Assembly: GCA_965644295.1 (NCBI GenBank)
Contig: CBFFRP010000074.1
Span: 1 to 64,000 of the forward strand
DNA: 64,000 nt
DNA from: Paraphysomonas bandaiensis
Taxonomy: Eukaryota; Protista; Chrysophyceae
Direction of reading: 5' to 3'
Both the position numbers and the translations under genes were made by a program. The notes below the pieces were generated by a model, which saw nothing but the letters and a program-made list of their open reading frames with translations, was not told the origin of the DNA and searched no databases. Position 1 is the first letter of the stretch. Each line of letters opens with the position of its first letter. Positions 11,901 through 24,158 of the stretch are shown here, in pieces.

Positions 11901-13534
11901 CACCATTTACACAGGGGTTTCTTGCAACTCTTCTCCTTTGCCTTCGAAAGGTGATGTCGTTGTAGTCCTGATCCTCTGAATAACATGTGTCGGTGAGCTT
12001 CTAATAACTTCGATTTCGAGACATGTCCAGTACGCTCATGTAAGCGATCCAACGCATCTTGTCCTGTATTATCCGACAAATTTACCTCCTCCATCTGATT
12101 GCACATAGACACATTTGGCAGATTTAACACCTCCATCAAGTCCACATACGGCATCCCTCCATGCTCATCGTACTCTCCAGTCAACACCTCGTTTCCAGAG
12201 TCCAATTCCACGATTTTAGGCTTTCGAAGCAGTTGTAATCCGTATCCCATTGATCTCAGCATCCCTCCTGACACAATGTTCTTCACCGCTTCTTCACTAA
12301 CTCTGATGTCTCTCCATTCCCCGAATGTACCAGCCCCCTGTGTCTCCAATTGAGAACCCTTTCTAGTTAGTTGGATTGCCCCAAACTCAGGAGTAAATGA
12401 CTCCAGTGCAATTTTATCCTTTACTATAAACAGTCTTTTACTTGCACAACTGTCCAGATATACACGAGGTTCTTCCGACGTATCCACCGATAGCAAAACC
12501 TCTTCTCCAAACATATTCGCTTCATCATCCGACGACTCTCCGTCGTTGACGTATTTCTTCCATTCTGTCTCGAATTTCCTGTTCGATTTTCGAGGATTCT
12601 CATTATCCGGGTTTTTTATGTTCTTCCGTTTTTTCGACTTGCACTGTCGGGCTTTATGACTAAAATCTCCACAGATATGACAACCAGTATAATCCTTTGA
12701 TCCTGGCTGCTGCACACTCTTCGAAGCCTTTTCCTTTGTCTTCCCTTTTCTTTTGAACTTATCCATTTTTCTTTGTCGTTCCTTAGCATAACAATTCGCT
12801 GCTACATGTCCCTTCTTCCGACAAAATGAACAAACCACTGGCTCCTTCGACGCCGTAAAATTGATCTCTTCAGATTTGTCTCCCTTTAGTTTCTTCAGCT
12901 GCGTCATAGCCTCGTCATACTCTTCACAAGCCTCTTTCACCGAATCAAATGTAGTTGTTGCTTTAGGCATCATCGCTACCGACATCCATAAATCATGTAA
13001 TTCCTCTATCTGCAGCGCTGCTTTTATCTTTGCTAATTTACTTGCCTCTGTCTGCGGTTGTCCCAATTTTATGAGCTTCTGGATTATACCGTTCAGTCGA
13101 TCTACCCCAACAGACACCTTTTCCCCCGGCCTTATTTTGAACGAATGGTATTCTGCCGTAGTCTTCTCCAATACAGTCCCAATCTCGCCTCTGAACCTAT
13201 CAACCAGTGTCTGAAGGAGCTCACTGGATAACACCTCCTTAGCAGGATCATCAGCAGGTAAAATTGCCTTCCCCTCCAAATATTGATTGGCTACCTCCAA
13301 CACATCAGGGTCATGCTCGCAAGCCTCCCAAATAGTACTAACACAGGTATCATTACGCTCTCTCCATGACTCTAAATTCCTTCCTCCGGCTGGCGGGTCC
13401 TCCAAGCCAAGATGGTTTCGGTTTTTCTTCATTAGATGCATCTTGATTTTTCTCGCTGAATAGTCTGCTTGGTTCTTGTCAAACCGTAGCTTCTTGTCAT
13501 CTTCCCCATCCCTACAACTAGCATTCGCTACCAT
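8952..13534 (-). CDS. copia gag-pol polyprotein, split by a 1-nt frameshift near 11331..11335
   Basis: Two zinc knuckles (CSFCRKKGHVAANC, CHICGDFSHKARQC), protease YLDSCAS, HHCC motif (LHERTGH...CKWC), integrase D-D-E (TADI, DGGSE, SER), reverse transcriptase YVDD and RNase H (DADW, QSEY, DSQSA). The two ORFs join as PYECVPGG-SVPSLSWLRKWGCKAY if one G is added to a G5 run. Confidence 0.93.
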
Positions 13535-13826
13535 AACAGAAGTTGACATTATTTGCTAAGGTTTACTATTCTCAACTGATAAGATGAAATTATAATCATT
13601 ACATGATAAAGAACCTAAGTTGTGTTCGATGTGTTCAACACCATTCATTTACTACTATAGTGTACAAACCACACACTCAGTGATCGTATCCTGTATAGTC
13701 ATCCACTTCTACTTCAGTTTCATACTACATAATATAATGTACTAATTACATATATATCTTTCGATCCTTGCATCTCACATAATACTGCACTCAATTGCAA
13801 GTATATAGAATCTTCAGATCTCAACA
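13534..13826 (-). repeat. 5' LTR of the copia element
   Basis: Identical to 8534..8826; followed on the minus strand by the PBS TGGTAGC. Confidence 0.97.
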
Positions 13827-14256
13827 CAGTCTATATATGCGGCTCACGTACGTTTATCTCCCAGACCACTTTGTTGATTGTTGAGGGACCTTGATGCTTG
13901 CGGTGACGCACAAGTAGCTCACGTAGCGCTAAATAGTAGGATATCAGAGTTTAAGCAATGACTCTCAAAAGGCCTATTGCTACTAATACATTAATACGGC
14001 ATTCACTTACTTATCCAACATGTACACCACAAATGCAATAAATATTCACGACTGTATCTGTTGATTATTGACTACTAATCGTTTTACTAAGCCAGTTTAT
14101 AGAACAGTGAAGCATTATTGCGCAGCAGCATCGAGAACATAGTCATTTCTGTTGTGTTTTAGGGTGACCAGATAACAGATTATGCTTACCGCACAGTGGC
14201 GTTACAAGCAATAAAATTATGGACATTTAAATCAGGAAACAAAAAATACAACGAAA

Positions 14257-17200
14257 CTAATGCCTATTGTCCCAACACTTTCCCTGAAAATTTTCCATAC
14301 CCTGAGGCACATCACTGGCGTAATACGGCATATAGCCTCGGTGGTAATACTCCTTCATTGTGTTTCTATCAGTCAAGCATTCATATCTACCTTCTATCCA
14401 GACAGCTCTTTTATGCTTCGTCAAGCAATGAAAGAGGTTGGGACTATGACTGAACAAGCAGCCATCATCCCCTCCAACTAACTTCACACTCCAGTCATAA
14501 CGACGCAAAGACTCCATCATGTAGCCGTCAGCTGAGCCATCATTCTCTACACCGGGCGGGAAAAACACTTGTTCTAGGGCATGAAATGAACGTCCCTCCA
14601 CTTGCCATCGCTTAAAATTTAACACGTTAGCTCCTAAATCAGTGTGCCAGTGCCGGAGCTGGTTCCTTTTGCAAAGCATGTTACTATTTCCGCCAAAAAA
14701 TCGCGCGCATCCTTTTCCAAGTACACCCTCATCCAATATATGGACATATCTTGAGTAAAAGTCATACGCAATTATATCTCTATCCAAATCAAGATGTTCA
14801 AAGAATTTTGGGTCATACCAGTTATCTCCATTAGTTGTCAACAGCCAATCTGTGTCAGACGGACATTGTGATATTACTCTATCAGTTACCTCAAAGGACC
14901 CTATTTCAAACTTGATATCTCCTGGATATTCGATAATGCGGAGGCGAGGATCTCCCAGCTGAGCTAGTAGAGAATACAATCCACTCATGGGTTTATTATC
15001 TGTACGGGCAATGAGCGCGGTCCAATGTGGATAAGTCTGGTCGAGTAGTGATTGTAGCATAGCTTGTAGCGAGAAGACGGGATCCTCTAAATGTCCCGCA
15101 TATGTCCGCACAACCACACAGACTCGACCTTTAGGGGCAAAGGGCTTCACCATAATATCATCAAGAAGCTTCTTCACTCGTACGGCTGCAGTCTCTTCAG
15201 AATATAGACGCATAACTGTGTTGTGTCCATTCTCCCCAATAGCCTTCAGTGACTCTAGACGCCCTTTCAGAAGTCGTACTATGTTGTCTCCAAGTTCATG
15301 TCGAGAAGATATAGGTGGAAACAAAATTCCATCTGTTCCAGGTGTCATGATAGCCTCTTCTGACCCACCTGCTGGCGTGACCATTACTGGTACCCGCAAA
15401 ACCATAGCCTCCAAAATATTAATAGGAAAGGCTTCGCCGACAGAAACGCTCATATGTAGGTCTGCAATCGCCACATATTTTAATGCATCACTGGTAAAGG
15501 GAATGAACTTTACACGTGGTCTAAGTACATCACTTGAGATCACAAATGCTTGCAAGTCATTATAATACATCGAATCCTCTTCCGATTGGCTGCCGATTAA
15601 TAGCAACATAAAATCATTTTCGCCAAACACAGAAATGCCTACATCGTGCAATGCCTCTACAAGCATCCTTTGCCTTTTCCGTTGGCAAATTTCACCAACA
15701 ACACTTATAAGCACAGTGCTAGGAGATGCGCCCAATGATGTCTTAAGAATATTTCCTGATTGAATTCCCTCACGAGCACGCTCCTTAATGACATGTGACA
15801 CCACGAAGCCGCGGAAGGTGTGAAAGTGACCTACGTCGTACTGAGACCAAATGGCACGCACTTTATCAGCAGCAAAAATTACATTGTCTGCCTGTTGTAC
15901 CAGACTCTGTACCCGAGCGTCGGACTGAAGTACAGGATACTTAATTCCATACCAAAAGTTACCAGGTGGTATAGAATGATTCGGAGATAGAGGATACTCA
16001 TGCACAAACCAAGCTATCTTCGGATGAGAAGGTCGCATATCAGGTCGCGAGGAAATCAAGTGTGCCCAGTCGACAGTGTTCAATATAACTAAATCTGGGG
16101 CCATGTGAAGTTGGCCAATCATATCGTCCAGCACAGGCTGCGCACCACCCTTCCATTCAATTAATGATGCACCAGACTGGAGAATGATCTCCTCCATTCT
16201 ACCTTGAGTTCTGGAAATAAAGGTCACATTATGACCAAGCTGCATCATAAAGTGTGCCATGTTAACCACAATCTGCGAGACTCCATCTATCGCTAAATTC
16301 CGCAACAAAATCACAATATGCAGGCACCCGCTACATTTATTAAATATCTTTAACTTCTGTGGTTGACGCGAAGATACAATCTTACTACTCGATGCCATGT
16401 CGAAACGTGCAGATCCCACGTTTATATCGGATAATAACACTACGGTTGGAATATGATTCTTCGTAGACTGTTTAGAGCGTGAGTAAAAAATTGAATCCAA
16501 AGGATGGGGCACCATGCCTTGATAAGTATTCTCATTGTGGAAAGTGTTTAAGTCAATACCGATGCACCTATATACAACGATTAAATCCACAATGACAAGG
16601 TTCAAGATGTCAAATTCTACGTATTGACCTATTTAACTAGCTACAGTGTGAAACAATAATGCATTCATTTACCTCTGGAATCCATCTTTACCAGCAACTA
16701 AACCATTTTTTGGGGTGCTTTTATGCAGATTATACCAATTCTTATAATCGAAGCCCGTGAAACCTATCTGCAGTGATGCTATATTATACCCCGCCTCTAT
16801 TGTCGCTAAGGAGAAGTCAGATTCTCTCGTTAGAGTTATTTTATGAGTTTCATCACAGCTGAATATCCCTCTACTAAGACCAATATCTAAGGCCGTGCGG
16901 TCAAATGCGTACAGCAGGCTCGCGACGTGTGGGATCGCTCTGCCAATTCCATCTGGACAGTTGACGGAAAGGCCAACAAGGACAGTATCACCTTGCATAT
17001 GAGCCAAAAACACTTCCGTCCAATGCTCACGAAACCACATTGGCAAAAATGGGCCCTTAACTTCGCTGTTGATGCAAAAAAAATGGGAATGAATGGGTAA
17101 CCGCTCAGCTAAACCAACTCCCCATGAGCCGAAATTATTGCACTGGTGATCACGATATATCACGTGGAGGTTTGGCAACTCTGGAAAAGTGACAGTATAC

Positions 17201-18870
17201 GCACCATTGACCACAATAACATAGTTAACATGTGCCAAGGATTCCATGGCGTCTGCAAGCACACATACTTCCAAGAAATATAGGAGGTTGTCTTTGTGTG
17301 TGTCATCGCGTTCGTCATACGCATATACAACTAACACTCCGCCGGAATTCGAATCTATCAGCTTAGGAGATACACCTCGTAACTGCGGTAATACAGTACT
17401 CTTTTTTTTACTTTCCTCTGCCCACTCCAAATGTTTTCTCGCAATTATCGACACATAGCTGTCTCGTCGTGGTATGAATAAAGTCTCGAATGGATGTAAA
17501 CTGAACTCTATACCGGATTTCATTTCACATTGACGACCCTCTATCGAGCCGTATTTAATAAAATGCTCCGCCGCATTGCGCACAGAGAGGTAATGCAGAT
17601 CCCCATACGAATCTCTGTACTTGCGGTAGTTACACTGAAAGTGACATCCATCACCCTCAGGGGGATTACGATACAGAAATTTCTCTCTGGCGTCATGTAT
17701 TGGCAAATGAGATAGCTCAGGATAACGTTGTTTCCAGTCCGTCCACACACACTGCTGTTGGATATGAGTGAGCGGGGTGCATTGTCCGGGTTCTCGCACA
17801 AGCCATCTCCGCCAGTCATGTCCTTTTGGTTGTCCATGCATAGCAAAGACGTTATATCCCGCTAGAAGCACCAGGTACGTTAACTCCATGCGATCAACTG
17901 CAAATCCCTTGCTATTTAGGATGGCAACAACGCGATTATCAAACGCTATAGGACCCTCCCTGAACAATGGTACTTTCTTCATAGCCACGGATAATTTTGC
18001 CTCCCTAATAGTTGGACAAGATAGCGTGGTTCCTACGACTGCTACATCGTCACTAAATTGCGAAGTGTATGCATCACTCCATAAACTAAAGCGCGTTGCG
18101 CTCCAGTAATCGGGCAAAAAAGGACCCATATGAGATGAATCAAGTGCCACAACATACGAAAATCGTTGCCACTGAATTTGGCTGAAGGAACACTTCACAA
18201 TTTGTAGAAAATGGGACTGACAACTTAGCTTTTTATCCTCTTCCAATTCAATCAGTTGAATTCGATGGCCTAGCGGTGGGTTAAAATAGCTGGATTGAAA
18301 ATATGCTCTATTGACCCGATAATCTAAAGCACCAACTGTGATAAAAACGTGTAGATATTCTTCACTTGCAGCACCAATATTAATGTTAGAGAACATACGC
18401 TTTAAAGACTGCACATAAAAATGGATGTTATCTACTTCTTCCGGGGATAAATCTGGCCTAATAGAATATACGATAAGCGTTTGGTTAGACTTACTACGAG
18501 TTGAAGTGAGTCTGAGCGCTTTTCCTGAAGCCCATGAGGCAAATGATTTCATTCCATCTAATCGCTGTGAAGAACTATTGTTGCTATATACAGACATATG
18601 CATATCCTGCTGATCATCGTCTGACTGTAACACTATGCCTGGGTATGTTTTCTGAGGTGTTAATGAGGTGGATGATAGCATAGATGGTATTTGTAAAAAT
18701 GAAGAGTTAACGCGTACTCGTTTAAAGTTATTATATAATTGCATGACTGTATTGTGACCCTCATACTTGTAGGAGGACACCACAAGAGGAGAGATGTTTA
18801 TAAGGATTGATATAGCAAGACAGATAATGAGAAAACAGATTGTTATCCGTCGCAATGTGCTGACATTCAT
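14257..18870 (-). CDS. ~1480-aa type II membrane multi-domain glycosyltransferase (two GPFLP-type domains, a GT4/GT-B domain and a GT2/GT-A-like domain); one intron at 16568..16672
   Basis: N-terminal transmembrane segment. A GT-AG intron (AG|GTAAAT...TATAG|G) joins the two ORFs in frame (GFQR-CIGIDLN). Motifs include GPFLP twice, GT4 KRQ / EAFPINILEAM, and a GT2-like VCVVVRTY...TNGDNWY. Confidence 0.85.
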
Positions 18871-18984
18871 GGTGATGGGCTACATAAATAATCAGCGATT
18901 GCAAGCGAGTTAATGGATGGAGATATCAAGATGAGAATCAAGTAACCAAACCACACACTGCACTGTATTCCCTGTATATAAACA

Positions 18985-19173
18985 ACATACATACATACAT
19001 ACATACATACATACATACATACATACATACATACATACATACATACATACATACATACATACATACATACATACATACATACATACATACATACATACAT
19101 ACATACATACATACATACATACATACATACATACATACATACATACATACATACACATACATACATACATACA
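18985..19173. repeat. (ACAT)n microsatellite, ~47 units
   Basis: Near-perfect tetranucleotide array with one 2-nt interruption near 19155, lying between two divergent genes. Confidence 0.99.
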
Positions 19174-19265
19174 ACTTTTGAAATTTGATTATATGAGGGC
19201 GGTGGATGTCTACCATACTCTCAACTATTATCGTGTAATAAATATTCACTATACACTACCAAGCA

Positions 19266-20486
19266 ATGTCAACTTTTGAAGCTCCTTGGATAGAGAAATA
19301 TCGTCCTCAATTCCTTCATGAGGTTGTGGGGAACACAGAGGCAGTATCGAGACTAGCTGCAATATCTCAGGTTGGAAACTTACCAAATATAATTCTAGCA
19401 GGTCCACCTGGTATAGGTAAAACTACAAGTATATTATGTCTTGCACGAGAAATGCTTGGACCCTCATACAAGAGTGCTGTACTTGAATTGAATGCATCTG
19501 ATGCAAGAGGAATTGATGTTGTGAGAAATAAAATTAAAATGTTTGCACAAAAGAAAGTATCCCTCCCTCCTAATAGGCATAAAATAATTATTTTAGGTTA
19601 GAGTGTCACATTTTGATATATATATATATATATATTAAAGTTAATTTGTAGATGAGGCTGATTCCATGACCGCATCTGCGCAACAGGCACTGAGGAGGTG
19701 GATATACTGCATGCTGTATAAAGCAATATAATCTTGTGAACAACAGAACCATGGAGATATATTCCTCATCCACTAGATTTGCAATAGCCTGTAATCAGAG
19801 CACCAAGATTATTGAGCCCATTCAGAGTAGATGTGCTGTACTCCGTTTCACGAAACTCCAAGACAGTGAGGTGGGGCTTGAACGTCAATGCATATTTCTG
19901 CGTTATAAGTGAACACCAACGTTTAATCTATGTCTACAGATTTTGTCACGTCTGCAGGAAGTGTGCGCTGCGGAGAATGTTTCCTATGATGAATCTGGTC
20001 TCGAGGCCCTTATATTTACCGCTGAGGGAGATATGCGGCATGCGTTGAATGGTTTGCAATCTACTGTTAGTGGATTTGGCCATGTCTCTTCAGCCAACGT
20101 TTTCAAGGTCTGTGACCAACCACACCCGCTGAAACTGAAAGCTGCCATAAATAGGTACGTCACTGTACTGTTGCTGAACTTTTTGCGCGTGATGTACATG
20201 AGTTTGATGAGCATGATTATATAGTGCGGCCGAGGGAAAAACAGCGGAGGCGGTTGATGTGGTAATGAGCCTCTGGAATGACGGATATGCCGCTACGGAC
20301 ATAATACAAACCTTATTTCGCGTTACACGCAGTGTTGATCTCCCAGAACCAATTAAACTTGAATTTTTGAAGGAGATTGGGTTCTCCCACATGCGCATAT
20401 CAGAGGGACTCAATACTCAGTTACAATTAATGGGCTGCGTTTCAAGATTGAGTGCTATCCGTGCGGATAACTCGAAAACAATGTAG
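19266..20486 (+). CDS. RFC2: replication factor C small subunit (RFC2; yeast Rfc4 type), 5 exons
   Basis: PWIEKYRP, Walker [39 protein letters not shown] and AEGDMR. Introns at about 19598-19650, 19698-19746, 19871-19939 and 20155-20224. Confidence 0.95.
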
Positions 20487-20796
20487 TGGCCTGTATAATA
20501 ACCGTGGTAGTAGATGTTTATTTTGCGTCTGGTTAAGTATTCTGTCAGAATTATTTATGCATAACTCAAGCATTGCTTTTTTCATATTCGGCAACACATG
20601 GAATATCGCAGTCGATATATTGCTCCGAGTATAAAGTATTAACTAGTGCACTTGAATGTTGACCAAAGTGAAAACGACTTTCAATGCAATCCTGCAGAGG
20701 GATGATGAAGCTGACATTGGCTATGCGGAGAAAGTATTCAATCCACCCAGGAAAATAATAAAGGAATAGCTAGTTGATACAACTGTACAACTAAGA

Positions 20797-21588
20797 CAGG
20801 GATAGAGAAAAATATATTGCAATACTATTGTTAGATAGCGTTCCATCAATAGTATTGATGGAGTTTTTAAGCCGGCCCTACAATACTATTGCAATATATT
20901 GCCATATATTAGTATGACTAATCAGTAAGTAAACACATCCGTACATCCGTAGTTTTTAGTACTTGTCATATTATAAAGTCTAAGGTCACTTGATAATCAG
21001 ACCCACTACTCTTAACTGATTAAAAGTTTCCTCATACCCATCCCCTGAGCCATCATCGGTGACATCACCATCACCATATTCCATATTCATCCAAATTAAT
21101 TGAAGTATGCTTGCATCCGGCCACAACTGCCGGTTAGCTTTCAGAAACAACAGCATATTAAGTGTAGTAGGATGCATACGTTTGCACAACACTCATATAA
21201 TCAGATTTGCTGCGCTGAACAGGCGTTCACATGTCTTGAAAGTACATACAACATGACTCGTGCACCTGTACTTAGATATTTCAACTTTCCGTTTCTTAAA
21301 GTTTTGAGCTGATTGAAGAATTTTCTCCACATAATATATCCAACTTCAGCTTCATCATCATCTCTCTGTATTGTTGCAATAAATACTGTCTGAACGGAGA
21401 TTTATATACATGGACTTACATTTTTTACCCTACAGCTAAGAATCTTTCAGTATATGACTATCATAATATTGATTGCAATACATTGCAATATATTGTGAGC
21501 TACTTTAACACAAAAACAATATTGATGGAATATTTGACCAGTCCACCAATCAATATTATATTTTACAATATATTGTTCCCTATCCCTG
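20797..21588 (-). mobile_element. non-autonomous hAT DNA transposon (deletion derivative)
   Basis: Terminal inverted repeats CAGGGATAGAGAAAAATATATTG / CAATATATTGTTCCCTATCCCTG, a degenerate 8-bp TSD (AACTAAGA / ATCTAAGT), subterminal CAATA/TATTG repeats, and a remnant hAT dimerisation domain (ERLFSAA...RMHPTTLNMLLFLKANRQLW). Confidence 0.85.
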
Positions 21589-22066
21589 ATCTAAGTACAT
21601 AAGTACATGTGCATGAGAAGATACCGAGAGCTTCTTAACTGTAGATTGAAAAATATGAGATCTATAATGTAATATAAGGTGTGGTGTGAGACGGTATCTT
21701 AGACAGTCATATTGTGAAATCAATGGATTTAAGAACATATGAAAGACTGGGTTGAATAAAACAAAATGAGAAGGTGGAATAATGAATAATATTATCCATT
21801 ACATTGACTAGTAGGTTATTTCGGTAGGACTAGTTTTGTCAACCACATGGACTAGGTTGAATAATATTTCCCTTCTTGTATAATACTCCATACATCACGT
21901 AGCAGGTAGCAGAATTCAGCACGCAAGAGACATTAGTAACTGGTTTACAGTTTACACTAACTCTACTACATGGTAGATGTTGAGTTTCGCTGTTAAAGCC
22001 GTAATTCTACCGTCAGTTAGGTCTCATGGTTGAAAATTCAATGTACAGCTTTGAATTGAGAGAAAG

Positions 22067-22339
22067 TATTGAGATTTGCTGTTTGATCATTTAAAAGATG
22101 TAGTTCTAAGGTATTGGAATTATGACCGTTTGTCGAAGAATACAGAATACAGTAGTGGTTATCAGTACTATATGAGAATTAACGACATGATAGCTACTGT
22201 AGTAATGAAACTGAATATAATATAGTGATCATAGAAGATAGTGACGATGTAAGATGGTACGAGAAATGATTGGTTGTATAGAGTATAGATAACATGAAAT
22301 TGATGAATGAGAAGAGATATTGCTATAATATTTATAACA
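22067..22339 (+). repeat. degenerate solo LTR of the 4330..4649 copia family
   Basis: Its reverse complement shares ATCTTACATCGTCACTATCTT, CTACTGTATTCT and CAAACAGCAAA.CTCAA with 4330..4649. Confidence 0.75.
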
Positions 22340-22943
22340 AGCTCAATGAGTGAATACACGTCCAGTTAACTTAGTAAATCATCCAATATCCAATTGTGTC
22401 ATAACTTGACACTAGAATGTTATCGGTAATTATAGTCTACTTTCTGTTATCAATATATCTATTTTTTCACTAGCATTACATGTACAGACTCATTATTTGT
22501 TTACTGTATAATATAATATTGTTGGACGGCAACGGAGCTTACAATACCACTGCAATATATTGTTTTAAACTTGCAATCATTGCAATAACTATACTCTTTA
22601 GATATTCATAAAAAACTTATTAATAGTAACTTTGCATAGCAAATTTGTTCATCCATGCAAGTAAAAAAAGTCTATTAAACACACACCGCGGAAAGCATTA
22701 CTGCCACCGCTAGCAAATACGGTACTGCTGCATTCTATATATAATAATAAGATAATACAATACATTGTGAATAAAAAAAACATAATGTGTTATAGATTCG
22801 TGAATCGTAAGCAGGCACTTAAATGCGCTGATATCGAATATGTTTTTCATAGACGTCGGAAAACGGGTACATATGTGCGTTTGTGCGGCACATGTAATAA
22901 TCAATGCGTTCGTGCGGAATAGTCTGGAGACCTCTATCTTCCT

Positions 22944-23618
22944 CTAGTGTATGTAAATCCATTGCTGCTGATCAGTGCGCTGAGCAGAGGAAGTGTGTTG
23001 CCACTGTTGGGTTCGCACCTGGGGGTGCGAACCCATTTTTGCATAGTGGCTGCGAATGAAGTCAGCCGGGTCTGTGGGCTGACGTGGACACAGAACGTAA
23101 CGGATAGAATTAGAGTTTCCCCTACTTTTATATAGATGAAAGTGTTCACGAGAGTCAACAACCTGAGTGGGACGCCTATAGGACACAGGTGTGGCATGGA
23201 TATGGCGATAGTGTTTATCACCGTCCGTGGATTGAGCTCTCTGATGTTTAACGTAAAGTTGATGGGGATCCTTGTATACTGAACTCAATGGAAGGATCGT
23301 ACGAGAGACAGGCATGTACGCAGCATGTTCAGGCATCTGCTGCACTCTAGGCGTTCGTGGTGCAGGTTGTAAGTGGTGACTATGATGCACGCGTGGAGGT
23401 GCAGGAGGAAGAGGAGCATCCATATCAACCGATCGATTTATCGTCGTTGAAGGTGGACTGGAATATATAAACCTTCCTTCGTACTTTGGGGGTGATGCAA
23501 TATGCTTAGGAGGCGAGTGGGACGAGGACGACACAGTAGGCATAGAGTGTGGCACAAACTCTCGTGCATTACAATTAAGATCACTCCCATTTTCAGCAAA
23601 ATAGTCTTGTGAACTCAT
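22944..23618 (-). CDS. Pro/His-rich disordered protein with an N-terminal PAM2 (PABP-interacting) motif
   Basis: SDLNCNAREFVP matches the PAM2 consensus LNxxAxEFxP. The start codon is uncertain because an acceptor-like TTTTTAG lies just upstream. Confidence 0.65.
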   Translation of the reverse strand: MSSQDYFAENGSDLNCNAREFVPHSMPTVSSSSHSPPKHIASPPKYEGRFIYSSPPSTTINRSVDMDAPLPPAPPRVHHSHHLQPAPRTPRVQQMPEHAAYMPVSRTILPLSSVYKDPHQLYVKHQRAQSTDGDKHYRHIHATPVSYRRPTQVVDSREHFHLYKSRGNSNSIRYVLCPRQPTDPADFIRSHYAKMGSHPQVRTQQWQHTSSAQRTDQQQWIYIH

Positions 23619-24158
23619 TACCTTAAACAATTCCTAAAAACAGATACGTTTATTACACCTTACAGCACAGTGGCCTGTAGATCTCTTGAATGAACTTGTT
23701 CTCTATTTCAATAGAGATCTACGTAGATGTCTATATAAGAAGATACCATTCTCAAAAAAAATCAACTCAAAATTTCATCAAACTAATGGCTGATATCCGT
23801 TGGATTCTGCTGATGATGAGTGAGATGGGAGGAGTAAGGGATTATATGATCTGGTTTTTTGTCCATGTCTGGTTGGATTCTAGGGGTGTATTTATTGGCT
23901 ATCAAGTGATGTCCTTCATATGATTGGATAGTTCGAACATGAATATTCCTTCATAACAACTAGATGTTATGGACACTGACACAGGTGTACATATACGTAG
24001 ATTTCCATATGTTTTGTACAAGAATAACATCCAATTCAATTATTGTAACGTCATACATCTCGTAACTAAGTTAGAAGTCCAACTAGCAATAAATACACCG
24101 TTCGTTTATCACTCCTCATACTCTGTGATTGTGAATTTTGCCCCATCTTCTCAATATC

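Larger units (their letters stand above)
8534..13826 (-). mobile_element. full-length Ty1/copia LTR retrotransposon
   Basis: Identical 293-bp LTRs (8534..8826 and 13534..13826), 5-bp TSD CAGTC (8529..8533 and 13827..13831), PBS TGGTAGCG and a polypurine tract GAGGGGGAG next to the 3' LTR. Domain order is gag-PR-IN-RT-RH. Confidence 0.97.
8296..14005. mobile_element. SINE-like copy with an inverted 5' part (8296..8533 plus 13827..13887, minus) and a non-inverted 3' tail (13888..~14005, plus), split by the copia insertion
   Basis: Removing 8534..13831 restores AATATCTGCAGTCTATATATGCGGCTCACGT, compared with AATATCTGCTGACTATGTTTGCGGCTCACGT at ~36590. The minus part ends at TTGTTGAGGG, and the plus tail resumes at ACCTTGATGCTTGCGGTGACGCACAAG. 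Confidence 0.75.

Noticed and set aside
8534-13534. LTR starts exactly 5000 bp apart
   Set aside because: Numerical coincidence; TSD, PBS and polypurine tract all indicate a natural insertion.
18867-19249. ORFs of MYVC repeats
   Set aside because: They are translations of the (ACAT)n microsatellite, not proteins.
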